Assembly (NCBI GenBank): GCA_963785235.1
Contig: CAWAUM010000001.1
Coordinates: 672,001-736,000, forward strand
Origin: an uncultured delta proteobacterium
GTDB taxonomy: Bacteria; Desulfobacterota; Desulfomonilia; UBA1062
Direction of reading: 5' to 3'
DNA: 64,000 nucleotides
In this document: positions 52,142 through 62,079 of the stretch, piece after piece
How positions within the stretch are numbered: position 1 is the first letter of the stretch
Layout: the number at the start of each line of letters is the position of its first letter
The notes under the pieces: model-generated
Database searches by the model: none
What the model was told of the DNA's origin: nothing
The model's input: only the letters and a program-made list of their open reading frames with translations
Translations under genes and position numbers: made by a program

Positions 52142-54061
52142 TCAGCCTCGTACCTTTTTATTGATAAAGTTTAGCAGCCCGCCTTCTCTAAGGATCTCGC
52201 TTTCGCGTTCGGAAAGGGTCAGGGTGCAGTTCAGGTGCTTGTCAGCATTTATCATGGATACCTCTATGGGTGACGATTTTGAAAGGGCAGCATGGATGTT
52301 CTTTATTGACACCGCTGTGCCCTTTTCGATCGCCCTGTATCCTTTTTCATCAACTCCTATGGGCAGGATCCCAAAGTTGATGAGGTTGGATCTGTGGATG
52401 CGCGCAAAGGATTTGGCGAACACGGCCTTTATGCCCAGGTGCATGGGGGCCAGCGCTGCATGCTCCCGGGAAGAACCCTGGCCGTAGTTGTCGCCTGCCA
52501 GTATGAAGCCGGCCTGGGAGGCCTTTGCATGTTCTGCAAAGTCCTTGTCTATACCGGAGAACACATAGCGCGAGATGGCATCGATATTGGAGCGTAGCGG
52601 CAGGATTTTGGAGCCCGCCGGCATGATGTCATCGGTGGTGATGTTGTCCTTGAGCTTCAGGACGGCTGTAAGTTTCAGGGTGTCCTCCATGGGTCCACGT
52701 TTGGGCAGGGGACGGATGTTGGGGCCCCTTCGGACTTCAATGTTTGCGGATTTTTTCACAGGCCTTATGATCATGGAGTCATCAATATGGAAAGACTCGG
52801 GCAGTTTTATTGCGGGGTAAGCACCCAGTTCCCTTGGGTCAATAAAGCTCCCGGTAAGGGCGCATGCCACTGCCACCTCGGGGGATGCAAGATAGACCTC
52901 GGCGTCTTCAGTACCGGAGCGGCCTTTGAAGTTGCGGTTGAATGTGCGCACTGACACGGCGCCGGAGGAAGGCGCCTGACCCATGCCGATGCACGGACCG
53001 CAAGCCGTCTCCAGTATCCTAGCGCCCGAGGCGATAATATCTGTAAACCCCCCGTTTGACGCAAGCATCTCCATGACCTGGCGGGAGCCCGGGGCAATGG
53101 CGAGGCTCACGTCCGGGTGGAGCTTTTTGCCTTTGAGGACGGCAGCCACCATCATAAGGTCTTTCAGCGACGAGTTTGTGCATGACCCGATAAGCACCTG
53201 GTCCACCTTAATGCCGGCGAGCTGGCGTATTGTCCTAATGTTGTCAGGGCTGTGCGGGCAAGAGGCAAGGGGCTCGATTGTTGAAAGGTCGATCTCCATG
53301 GTCTCGTCATAGGCTGCCCCTTCATCGGCGCAGAGTTCTATCCAGGCCTCCTCGCGGTCCTGGGCCTTCAGGAAGGCACGCGTCACCTCGTCGCTGGGGA
53401 AGATGGAGGAAGTGGCCCCCAGCTCTGCCCCCATGTTGGTTATGGTGGCGCGCTCCGGGACGCTCAATGTCTTCACGCCGGGTCCGTAGTACTCGAATAT
53501 CCTACCCAGGCCTCCCTTGACCGTGAGCCGGCGCAGGACCTCCAGGATGATGTCCTTGGCGCTTACCCAGGGTTTAAGGCTTGCACTCAAATGGACACCT
53601 ACCACCTTGGGCGTTGGGATGTTAAAGGGCATGCCTGCCATGGCCGCAGCAACGTCCAGCCCGCCTGCACCGATGGCCAGCATCCCCATTCCGCCTCCCG
53701 TGGGTGTATGGCTGTCAGAGCCCAGCAGGGTCTTGCCGGGAACGCTGAAGCGTTCAAGGTGCACCTGGTGGCAGATGCCGTTGCCCGGTCTGGAAAAGTA
53801 TATACCGTACTTGTTGGCCACATCCTGGAGAAAGCGGTGGTCATCGGCATTTTCAAATCCGGTCTGGAGGGTATTATGGTCCACATAGCTAACGGAGAGC
53901 TCTGTCTTGACACGGTCAAGCCCGATGGCCTCGAACTCGAGATATGCCATGGTTCCCGTAGCGTCCTGAGTCAGAGTCTGGTCGATCTTCAGGGTATATT
54001 CCGTATCCGTGGCCTCCATAAGGTGGCTTTCAATAATCTTGGCGGTAAGGGTCTGGGCCAT
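52142..54061 (-). CDS. Aconitate hydratase (short type)
   Basis: QDATGTMA, GICHQ, DSHT, GSCTNSS, CGPCIG, NRNF, GSSREHA. Confidence 0.93.
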   Translation of the reverse strand: MAQTLTAKIIESHLMEATDTEYTLKIDQTLTQDATGTMAYLEFEAIGLDRVKTELSVSYVDHNTLQTGFENADDHRFLQDVANKYGIYFSRPGNGICHQVHLERFSVPGKTLLGSDSHTPTGGGMGMLAIGAGGLDVAAAMAGMPFNIPTPKVVGVHLSASLKPWVSAKDIILEVLRRLTVKGGLGRIFEYYGPGVKTLSVPERATITNMGAELGATSSIFPSDEVTRAFLKAQDREEAWIELCADEGAAYDETMEIDLSTIEPLASCPHSPDNIRTIRQLAGIKVDQVLIGSCTNSSLKDLMMVAAVLKGKKLHPDVSLAIAPGSRQVMEMLASNGGFTDIIASGARILETACGPCIGMGQAPSSGAVSVRTFNRNFKGRSGTEDAEVYLASPEVAVACALTGSFIDPRELGAYPAIKLPESFHIDDSMIIRPVKKSANIEVRRGPNIRPLPKRGPMEDTLKLTAVLKLKDNITTDDIMPAGSKILPLRSNIDAISRYVFSGIDKDFAEHAKASQAGFILAGDNYGQGSSREHAALAPMHLGIKAVFAKSFARIHRSNLINFGILPIGVDEKGYRAIEKGTAVSIKNIHAALSKSSPIEVSMINADKHLNCTLTLSERESEILREGGLLNFINKKVRG

Positions 54062-54220
54062 GGTATCTCCTTAAAAATGTCCATTCATCTCTAATGGAAG
54101 AGGGGCTCCTCGTCAAGGATGTTGGTTTTAGGATTTATTTTAACCCGGATATAGAAATTGGATGTATCCATAATTTTTTCATGCATCTCTGTTGGCCTTA
54201 AGCATAGTAATCATAGTGAT

Positions 54221-54367
54221 CATGGAATTGTTTTAAATAAGTTCGTTAAAATCCTTCATCTTGAAGCCTTTATGGAATGTTCATCTTCCCGGTTCGGGAG
54301 GCTGCAAGATGAAGGATCTTAACGGAACAAGTTTTTACTCTTCAAAACGTAAAATTTGGGATTAAGG
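54221..54367 (+). repeat. Long-hairpin intergenic repeat, copy E
   Basis: Arms about 54242-54270 and 54298-54326 plus an imperfect small hairpin. Confidence 0.8.
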
Positions 54368-54407
54368 ATGCAGGGGGCGAGCCTTGTGCCCACCCTTTTT
54401 CATAATC

Positions 54408-55442
54408 CTAGAATATTCTCCCCAGTGCAAACGACAGCAGATATGCCAGGCCACCGGAGGCAGGGATGGTAAAGAGCCAGGTTAGCAGCAGATCCTTGGC
54501 AAGCCCCCAACGGACAATGCCCAGGCGCTGCGCCGCCCCTCCTCCTACAATACCCGAGGAGGCGATATGCGTGGTGCTCACGGGAAACCCGAAAAGTGAG
54601 CAGATGAACACGACAATGGCAGTGGACAGCATGGCCCCGAAGCCATGGACCGGTCTTATCTTGAAGAGCTTCATGCCCATGGTCTTTATGATCCGTTTTC
54701 CACCTGTGAGCATGCCCAGCGACAAGGCCAGCGAGCATGCAAGGATGACCCAGTCGGGGACCATGAAGGTCCCGCCGGGGCCAGGGGTATAAAAATGTGC
54801 CATGGTTACAGGGTCGTATCGGAACAGGATAAGCAAGCTCAGGGTAATGAGCCCCATGGCCTTCTGTGCGTCATTCGTCCCATGGGAGATGGCGAGCATG
54901 GCTGCGGAAAAGATCTGGAGTCTTTTGAGAATGAGCGTTGCCGCCACCGGTTGGACATGCCGGAAGAGGCGGAAGTTCATCTTGGTGAGATGGAATGCGC
55001 TTATGAAGCCAAGGAGTGGAGAAATCAGGATCACCCCGAATATGAGCAGGACGCTCTTCCATTGAATGGAATTCACCCCTGAAATCTGTAGTGCCGCCCC
55101 CATGAGCCCTCCGATAATGGCATGGGAAGAGGACGAAGGGAGTCCGATGACCCAGGTGAGGATATTCCAGAGCGTGGCGGCCGTAATGGCTGCAATGATA
55201 CCCCTGATGGTCATGGAGTCGATGCCGACGATACCCTGCCCAATGGTTTTTGCAACAGCGGTGCCAAAGATGAGAGATCCTAGGAATACGAGCAGGGCAG
55301 TCATGATGAGTGCCCTTTGCATGCTCATGGCCCTGGATGAAACAATGGTGCTCACAATGTTGGATGCATCGTGAAATCCGTTACTGAAGTTGAAGAACAA
55401 CCCCAGCACTATGGTTAAATATGCCACTTCCAGGATGCCCAT
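54408..55442 (-). CDS. PiT family inorganic phosphate transporter
   Basis: NGFHDASN, PSSSSHA, HGTNDAQK, PVSTTH. Confidence 0.92.
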   Translation of the reverse strand: MGILEVAYLTIVLGLFFNFSNGFHDASNIVSTIVSSRAMSMQRALIMTALLVFLGSLIFGTAVAKTIGQGIVGIDSMTIRGIIAAITAATLWNILTWVIGLPSSSSHAIIGGLMGAALQISGVNSIQWKSVLLIFGVILISPLLGFISAFHLTKMNFRLFRHVQPVAATLILKRLQIFSAAMLAISHGTNDAQKAMGLITLSLLILFRYDPVTMAHFYTPGPGGTFMVPDWVILACSLALSLGMLTGGKRIIKTMGMKLFKIRPVHGFGAMLSTAIVVFICSLFGFPVSTTHIASSGIVGGGAAQRLGIVRWGLAKDLLLTWLFTIPASGGLAYLLSFALGRIF

Positions 55443-55592
55443 GCAGGCATGATACCTGAAAATGAAATCATAAGGCTACCCCTTAAGGGCAACAATCTTT
55501 GCAAGGTCCGGTGAGGTTAAGGAAAAAAAGGGCTCTGACCGATAACATGATCCTGATGGATAGGTGTGACCTGAACACGATCGGGAGGTTGC

Positions 55593-57140
55593 GTGGCCGA
55601 TAAACAGATGATGGGCGAAGTCCTGGTGGAGCTTGGACTTATCGATGAACACAGGCTCAGGCATGCCCTGGAAGTTTCCAAGAAAGAACGGCTAAAGCTC
55701 GGTGAGATGCTCATCCGCCTGGGGTATCTCAGTGAAGACCAGGTCCTGGATATCCTCAGGAATTTAACCGGGGTTGTGACCTTGAACATGAGGGCATGGA
55801 CCATTAAAAAACATGCCCAGGTCATGCTGCCGCCTGAGCGCATGAGGGAAATGAAGGCCATCCCCCTGGATGCAAATAACAAGAGGGCGGCTGTAGCCTT
55901 TGCCGATCCTTTTAACTATAAGGTGGTTGAGAACATCAAATTTCTCATCAACAAGAGCGTAACCCCTGTGTTCGCCTCCCTTGCTCAGATCAATGACATA
56001 CTGGCTCATCTCGATAATGTAGGGTACGGCATAAGGAACCTGCCTCTGAATGAAGTGAAGCGAAGCATTATGAACCTTGTCGCCCTGGATATGGATGCCA
56101 CTGCAGTGCTGAAACTTCTGGAAGAGCCTGGGTGCACGGGTCTCCATATCTCCATTGGGACAACACCGGCGATCCGGTTGGGTGGGCGTTTCAGGCGATG
56201 CAACCTCCCCATCATAACTGAAATCATTATGGATAAGATCCTTAAGGAAATGTTGTCTGAACAGGATTTTGAGATCCTTAAGGAAAAGAAAGAGGTCGAG
56301 TGTACGTATATCAAGTCCGGGCATGGAAGATACCGTCTTAACATCTATCTCCAGAAAGGTGGTGAGATAACTATCGCTGCAAAAAAGCTTGTAGAGGTGA
56401 TCCCTTCCGTTACTTCACTGGGGTTGCCTGGAATGCTCACCTCCCTGCTTGACAGGCGTGGGCTCCTGCTCGTTAGCAGTGCCAGGGGGCAGGGTAAGGA
56501 TACGACAATAGCCGCATTGATCAACCATATAAACAACACGCAAAGCTGCAACATAATCACCTTCGAAGATCCTATCGATTATATTCATCACCACAGACGC
56601 TCCAATGTGAATCAGCGTGAGATAGGCCATGATACCGACAAGGACCTGTCCGAGGTCTTTGATAAGGTCATCAAGCTGGACCCCGATGTCCTGGTGATAA
56701 CAAATCTCAAGGATATGTTCATGATGGACACTGCCGTGCGTGCCGCACACAAGGGCATCCTTGTGATTGCGGGCATGAATGCCCTGGATGTCTTCAGTTC
56801 CATAGAACAGTTCATGTCTTCGCTGTCGAGCGATTACATGAGGGGACTCTTCTCCCGTTCCATTCTGGGTGCTTACTCGCAGCGGCTGATATGGTCGAAA
56901 AATCATAGAAAGATGGTATCAGCCTGGGAAGGACTGCTTGCCACACCAAGGATCCAGAAATATATAAGAGATGAAAAGGTGTATTATATAAAAGGACAGG
57001 GGGCTTCCTTGCGGGGAGAGTATTTCCCCATTGAAGAGAGTATCGCTGAAGCTATAAAGGCAAACCGCATCGATTATGAATCAGTGATCACTGAAACTTG
57101 GGTTAACCCGGACACCTTAAAGGCTCTCTTGGAGCGGTGA
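55593..57140 (+). CDS. MshEN/T2SSE_N domain fused to a degenerate PilT-like ATPase
   Basis: MGEVLVELGLI..KLGEMLIRLGYL; RYRLNIY, ARGQGKDTT, EDPID, VNQREIG, DPDVL. Confidence 0.8.
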   Translation: MADKQMMGEVLVELGLIDEHRLRHALEVSKKERLKLGEMLIRLGYLSEDQVLDILRNLTGVVTLNMRAWTIKKHAQVMLPPERMREMKAIPLDANNKRAAVAFADPFNYKVVENIKFLINKSVTPVFASLAQINDILAHLDNVGYGIRNLPLNEVKRSIMNLVALDMDATAVLKLLEEPGCTGLHISIGTTPAIRLGGRFRRCNLPIITEIIMDKILKEMLSEQDFEILKEKKEVECTYIKSGHGRYRLNIYLQKGGEITIAAKKLVEVIPSVTSLGLPGMLTSLLDRRGLLLVSSARGQGKDTTIAALINHINNTQSCNIITFEDPIDYIHHHRRSNVNQREIGHDTDKDLSEVFDKVIKLDPDVLVITNLKDMFMMDTAVRAAHKGILVIAGMNALDVFSSIEQFMSSLSSDYMRGLFSRSILGAYSQRLIWSKNHRKMVSAWEGLLATPRIQKYIRDEKVYYIKGQGASLRGEYFPIEESIAEAIKANRIDYESVITETWVNPDTLKALLER

Positions 57141-57291
57141 TACAAACGAAAACGCACCTCGTTTTTTCATGAACGAGGAGTCATTCAGTTCAACTTTTTG
57201 CTTGCATAGACACTCCCAATAGTGTATTAAATGAACCATGATTCAGAATAATTCTCTGAATTCATGAATAAAAAACTCTAAGGAGTGTGCG

Positions 57292-57660
57292 ATGAGCAGA
57301 TTAATGACCTTTGTATTTGTTGCAATGATGACCTTAGTTGTATCCAGTATGGCTTTTGCTGCGGACGCAGCACAGGCACAGCCGGTTTTTGTTGATTGGG
57401 CCAAGGTTATCTTTGTGGCTGCATCCATCATTGCCGCAGGTCTTTGCATGGGTATCGGTGCTACAGGAGCCGGTTCAGGAATGGGTGCCGCATTGGCAGG
57501 AGCAACCGAGGCAGTTGGTCGCAACCCTGATGCACAGGGCAAGATCATGCTCACCCTCATGGTCGGTCTTGCTATGATTGAATCCATTGCAATCTACGCA
57601 CTGGTTATTTCGCTCATCATCCTGTACGCCAATCCGTTCAAAGCAGTCATTCTCGGATAG
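57292..57660 (+). CDS. atpE: ATP synthase F0 subunit c with N-terminal extension
   Basis: GxGxGxG repeat, RNP loop, GLAMIESIAIY. Confidence 0.93.
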   Translation: MSRLMTFVFVAMMTLVVSSMAFAADAAQAQPVFVDWAKVIFVAASIIAAGLCMGIGATGAGSGMGAALAGATEAVGRNPDAQGKIMLTLMVGLAMIESIAIYALVISLIILYANPFKAVILG

Positions 57661-57847
57661 CTTGTGAAAGGTTGAACCCTTTGGAAGAATCCAGGCAATC
57701 GGAATCGGCCCATTCTTTTTTCAGCATATTGTGGGTTGACCATGCCTGGTATGCAGGGGGCGGGCGGAATTCGTTTTGTGAACCGTGAGGTTGCAGTGTT
57801 ATCGAGACGCTTTTTTTAAGTTCGCATAACACGATCAGGAGATTGAT

Positions 57848-59143
57848 ATGGAACAGGGAGCAAAAAAGAATTTCAGTTTTGCCAGTATTGCAATTAGTTT
57901 CTTTATTCTCATTGTGCTTCCCCTTACCATAACCGGCGTTATCATCAGCAAGGGAGTTATTAAGGTAGGGGAGGAGGCAACGCAGGCAAACTTGCGAATT
58001 CTCGATGATAATCAGAAGCTATCCATTGCGGGTAGGGCTCAGAATGTGGGTGATGCGGTAGCTCAGTTTCTCACAGATCGGGAGAAGGATATAAGGATAG
58101 CAACTATCCTTCCGAGAGACGATCAGTCATATAACACATTTCTGAAATCCAATACCAGGGGTGTTATCCAGTCCTCGAATGTGGGCATTGTGAAGATCCC
58201 CGTGCCTGTCTATAAAGAGATCGCCTTCCTTGATAAGACCGGAAAAGAGATTTTGAAGGTCACCGCCCAAGGTGTGGTGCCTAAAGACAAGCTAAAGGAT
58301 ATGTCTGATCCGGCCAATGGCGATTTTGGTGCTGAAGATTATTTTCAGAAGGCGAAGCAACTGTCCCCAGGTGATATATACATGGGCAATGTTGTTGGTT
58401 ACCACGTGACGAAGCAGGAGTTTGAGGCAGGAAAACAGTTCAATGGAATCATCCGTATAGCAGCGCCGGTCTTTGATTCCACCGGTTTTGCAGGGGTGGT
58501 GGAACTTGCCTTGGACTTCAGCCATATCATGGAGTTCACAGGACATATTGTGCCCACAGAGCCGGGTATGGTCTTTTCCAAGGTGAACCCTGATGATGTT
58601 AACTATACCTTCCTTATAGGCCGGGACGGCTCAACCCTTGCTCATCCGGCGCAATACCTTATCGGCGGCCTTGGGGCTGACAATAAGGCCGTGCCCACGA
58701 TGGATGACAAGAGTTATAATGAGTTGATCAAGACCGGTTCAGGCGGCATGAATGTACTGAATATGGGTTTTTTGGATGAGAATCTCCCCAAGATTCATGC
58801 ACTGGCTGTCTCCGGGAAGTCCGGATCATTCACCTATACTGTGGATAATAAAAGGGTCTTCATCTCCTATGCGCACATCCCTTATTACGGCTCTATCTAC
58901 AGCAAGCCAGAAGGGTTCGGCTGGGTCGGCATGATGGTCGATATTGACAAGTATCACAAGCTGAGCGAGGAAAAGGTTAAGGATATTCAGCTCAAGGTTG
59001 AACGGTGGCAGAAATCGAGCATTGTTGTGGTGTTCGTATCGCTCATCCTCCTATTCATCATTGCATTGATCCTTGCACGAGGTCTGTACAGGTCAATCCA
59101 GAAGCGTGACGGCGCCATAGCGCACCTTGATGATGAGGACTAG
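57848..59143 (+). CDS. Cache-domain membrane protein without cytoplasmic output domain
   Basis: TM1, YKEIAFLDKTGKE, IRIAAPVF..FAGVV, LAHP, ISYAHIPYY..FGWVG, TM2, short tail. Confidence 0.7.
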   Translation: MEQGAKKNFSFASIAISFFILIVLPLTITGVIISKGVIKVGEEATQANLRILDDNQKLSIAGRAQNVGDAVAQFLTDREKDIRIATILPRDDQSYNTFLKSNTRGVIQSSNVGIVKIPVPVYKEIAFLDKTGKEILKVTAQGVVPKDKLKDMSDPANGDFGAEDYFQKAKQLSPGDIYMGNVVGYHVTKQEFEAGKQFNGIIRIAAPVFDSTGFAGVVELALDFSHIMEFTGHIVPTEPGMVFSKVNPDDVNYTFLIGRDGSTLAHPAQYLIGGLGADNKAVPTMDDKSYNELIKTGSGGMNVLNMGFLDENLPKIHALAVSGKSGSFTYTVDNKRVFISYAHIPYYGSIYSKPEGFGWVGMMVDIDKYHKLSEEKVKDIQLKVERWQKSSIVVVFVSLILLFIIALILARGLYRSIQKRDGAIAHLDDED

Positions 59144-59177
59144 GCGCATACACCTATAAAATAGGAGCAAACAGACA

Positions 59178-59229
59178 AGTTGCAGGAGGCGATGCTGGGG
59201 CACCATCATCAGTCTCCTGCAACTTTTTT
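59178..59229 (+). terminator. Long-stem intrinsic terminator
   Basis: AAGTTGCAGGAG...CTCCTGCAACTT-TTTT. Confidence 0.7.
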
Positions 59230-59285
59230 ATTAGAGAATGAACGAAAAAAGGCTAGCTCAAAGAGTTAGGGATAATGGAGGGAGT

Positions 59286-60137
59286 ATGTCAGCCAAGATT
59301 CTTGAGAAACAGCAGTTATCCGAAAACGTGTTTAAGATGGTGCTCGATGGCCCGAAGATAGCCAAGAGACGTAAGGCCGGACAGTTCGTGGTTATAAGGA
59401 TCCACGAAGAGGGCGAAAGGGTCCCCCTGACCATTGCCGATGCCGACCCGGTAAAGGGGACCGTTACGATCATCTTCCAGGTGGTCGGGAAGTCTACGGG
59501 GATTCTTGCGGACATGAATGTCGGCGATATGCTGATGGATCTCGTAGGTCCGCTCGGTAAGCCCACCCATATTGAGAAGGTGGGAACCATTGCCTGTATC
59601 GGCGGCGGTGTTGGGATCGCACCTGTTTTTCCTATCACCCAGGCCTTGAAGAACGCGGGCAACCACATCATTTCCATCATCGGGGCTCGCACCAAGGACC
59701 TCATCATTATGGAAGAGGACATGAAGGCTGTATCTGATGAGTTCATTGTGGCAACAGATGACGGCACATACGGCTATAAGGGTTTTGTAAGCCAGGCCCT
59801 GGAGAATAAATACCTCCTGCCGGGTAAGAAGATCGATATGGTTGTAGCCATCGGCCCGGTGCCCATGATGAGGGCGGTCTGTGACACCACAAAAAAATAT
59901 AACGTGAAGACGGTCGTATCATTGAATTCCATTATGGTCGATGCAACAGGCATGTGCGGCGCGTGCCGGGTAAGTGTCGGCGGCAAGACGCAGTTCGTAT
60001 GCGTGGACGGGCCCGAGTTTGACGGCCATCAGGTTGACTTCCGGGAACTCATAGACAGGCAGAGGATTTACCTCACCGAAGAGAAGGAATGCTACGACCA
60101 CTACTGCTCATGCAAACTTGGGAAGGGAGGCAAGTAA
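59286..60137 (+). CDS. nfnA: Electron-bifurcating transhydrogenase small subunit (NfnA/SudB)
   Basis: GERVPLTIAD, GPLG, GGGVG, MVDATGMCGACR, CVDGPEF. Confidence 0.88.
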   Translation: MSAKILEKQQLSENVFKMVLDGPKIAKRRKAGQFVVIRIHEEGERVPLTIADADPVKGTVTIIFQVVGKSTGILADMNVGDMLMDLVGPLGKPTHIEKVGTIACIGGGVGIAPVFPITQALKNAGNHIISIIGARTKDLIIMEEDMKAVSDEFIVATDDGTYGYKGFVSQALENKYLLPGKKIDMVVAIGPVPMMRAVCDTTKKYNVKTVVSLNSIMVDATGMCGACRVSVGGKTQFVCVDGPEFDGHQVDFRELIDRQRIYLTEEKECYDHYCSCKLGKGGK

Positions 60138-60138
60138 C

Positions 60139-61545
60139 ATGGATATGAAAGACAGACTCAAGATCCCCCGTCAACCGATGCCGGAGCAGGACCCCAAGGT
60201 ACGGGCACGGAATTTCGATGAGGTCCCGCTCGGATATACCCCTGAAATGGCCAAGACAGAGGCGCTTCGGTGCATCACGTGCAAGAGCCCCGCTTGCGTC
60301 CAGGGATGCCCTGTGGAAGTCGATATCCCTGGTTTCATCGCATTGGTTATGGAAGGTGATTTTATCGGTGCAGCGAAAAAGATAAAGACAACCAACGCAC
60401 TGCCCGCTGTATGTGGAAGGGTATGTCCTCAGGAAGTGCAGTGTGAGGCCCAGTGTGTGCGCGGGAAGAAGGCTGAGCCGGTGGCCATTGGCAGGCTCGA
60501 ACGGTTTGTGGCAGACTATGAACGGGGAACAGGCGAGGTCTCCATACCTGAGAAACCAACCCCCACAGGCAAAAAGGTTGCAGTTGTCGGCTCAGGCCCT
60601 TCAGGCCTGACTGTTGCCGGTGATCTGGTTCAGCTTGGCCATGAGGTCACCATCTTTGAGGCCCTTCACAAAACAGGCGGGGTTCTGGTCTATGGCATCC
60701 CGGAGTTCAGACTCCCCAAGGCCATTGTGGCTGCTGAGGTGGATTACCTCGAGAAGCTGGGCGCGAAAATCGAAACATCGAGCGTCATCGGTAAGGTCGC
60801 CACTGTCGATGAGCTTTTTGAGGAAGGATACGATGCCGTCTATCTCGGGACCGGCGCGGGTCTGCCCACCTTTATGAATATCCCCGGCGAGAACCTCAAT
60901 GGTGTCTATTCCGCCAATGAGTACCTTACCCGGAGCAATCTCATGAAGGCATACAAGTTCCCTGAATATGACACCCCCATTGTAAAGGGTAAGAATGTGG
61001 CAGTCGTGGGTGGCGGGAATGTGGCTATGGATTCAGCACGCACGGCCATGAGACTCGGCGCAGACCATGTCTACCTCGTTTATCGCCGGTCCAGGGATGA
61101 AATGCCTGCCAGAATCGAGGAGATCCACCATGCCGAGCAGGAGGGCATAGAACTGCATCTCCTGACCAACCCAATACGTTATATAGGCAATGACAAGGGA
61201 TGGGTGGTAGGTGTAGAGTGTCTGAAGATGGAACTGGGCGAACCTGACGAATCCGGTAGGAGAAGGCCGGTACCCATGAAGGGCAGTGAGTTTGTCATTG
61301 ATATCGACACTGCCGTTATTGCCATAGGTGCAGGCGCGAACCCGCTGGTCCAGAGCACTACCCCGGGGCTTAAGACGAACAAATGGAACTACATAGTTGC
61401 TGATGAAGAGACTGGACAAACATCACGGGAAGGTGTATTTGCAGGCGGCGACATTGTTACCGGGGCTGCCACGGTCATCCTTGCAATGGGTGCCGGAAGG
61501 AAGGCAGCCAATGCAATTCATCAGTACCTGATGACGAAGAAATAA
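60139..61545 (+). CDS. nfnB: Electron-bifurcating transhydrogenase large subunit (NfnB/SudA, GltD-like)
   Basis: RCITC..CVQGCP, CGRVCPQE.QCE, GSGPSG, YGIPEFRL, GGGNVAMD, GGDIVTG. Confidence 0.88.
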   Translation: MDMKDRLKIPRQPMPEQDPKVRARNFDEVPLGYTPEMAKTEALRCITCKSPACVQGCPVEVDIPGFIALVMEGDFIGAAKKIKTTNALPAVCGRVCPQEVQCEAQCVRGKKAEPVAIGRLERFVADYERGTGEVSIPEKPTPTGKKVAVVGSGPSGLTVAGDLVQLGHEVTIFEALHKTGGVLVYGIPEFRLPKAIVAAEVDYLEKLGAKIETSSVIGKVATVDELFEEGYDAVYLGTGAGLPTFMNIPGENLNGVYSANEYLTRSNLMKAYKFPEYDTPIVKGKNVAVVGGGNVAMDSARTAMRLGADHVYLVYRRSRDEMPARIEEIHHAEQEGIELHLLTNPIRYIGNDKGWVVGVECLKMELGEPDESGRRRPVPMKGSEFVIDIDTAVIAIGAGANPLVQSTTPGLKTNKWNYIVADEETGQTSREGVFAGGDIVTGAATVILAMGAGRKAANAIHQYLMTKK

Positions 61546-61569
61546 CGTTTCTGAGAGAGGAGAGGGTGT

Positions 61570-61939
61570 ATGACCCTTGCGGAGGTAAAAAAGATCCTCG
61601 ATGCTGATGTGATTGTTGGTGAGGACAGGCTGGATATGGAGGTCGGGAAGGGATTTGCCGCTGACCTCATGAGCGATGTTCTTGCTTTTGCAAAAGAAGG
61701 ATCTATGCTTCTCACCGGCCTCACGAACCCCTTGGTGGTCCGTACGGCCGATACGCTGGACCTCAAGGTCATCATCTTCGTTACGGGGAAAACGCCCGGC
61801 TCCTGATGCCATCAAACTGGCCAAGGAGAAGAACATCCCCCTGCTCGCCACCCGTTACATCCTGTTTGAATCATGTGGCAGACTCTTCGAGGCGGGCATG
61901 CGCGGATCAGTACAGAAAGTGGGAGAGTCGCAGGATTAG
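61570..61939 (+). CDS. DRTGG domain protein (frameshift near 61790)
   Basis: ADLMSDVL, LLTGLTN, GKRP, FESCGRL. Confidence 0.85.
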
Positions 61940-62079
61940 GCGCCTCTCCCACTATGTTTTTCTCGACGTTTTTTTCTTAAGTAATTAACTCTACGACTCC
62001 TGAGGTTTCTGCAGGTTACTCTTTACAATTTCAAGTATAAGTGGATATATGTCGATAAAGGTTATGAGAGGGAAAGGCA

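Noticed and set aside
20664-54367. Hairpin repeats as a CRISPR array or integron attC sites
   Set aside because: Copies are kilobases apart in mixed orientation among housekeeping genes; there are no spacers, cas genes, integrase or GTTRRRY/RYYYAAC ends
57661-57847. Possible tRNA or riboswitch downstream of atpE
   Set aside because: Only a CCAGGCA/TGCCTGG stem; no T-loop, cloverleaf or aptamer landmarks
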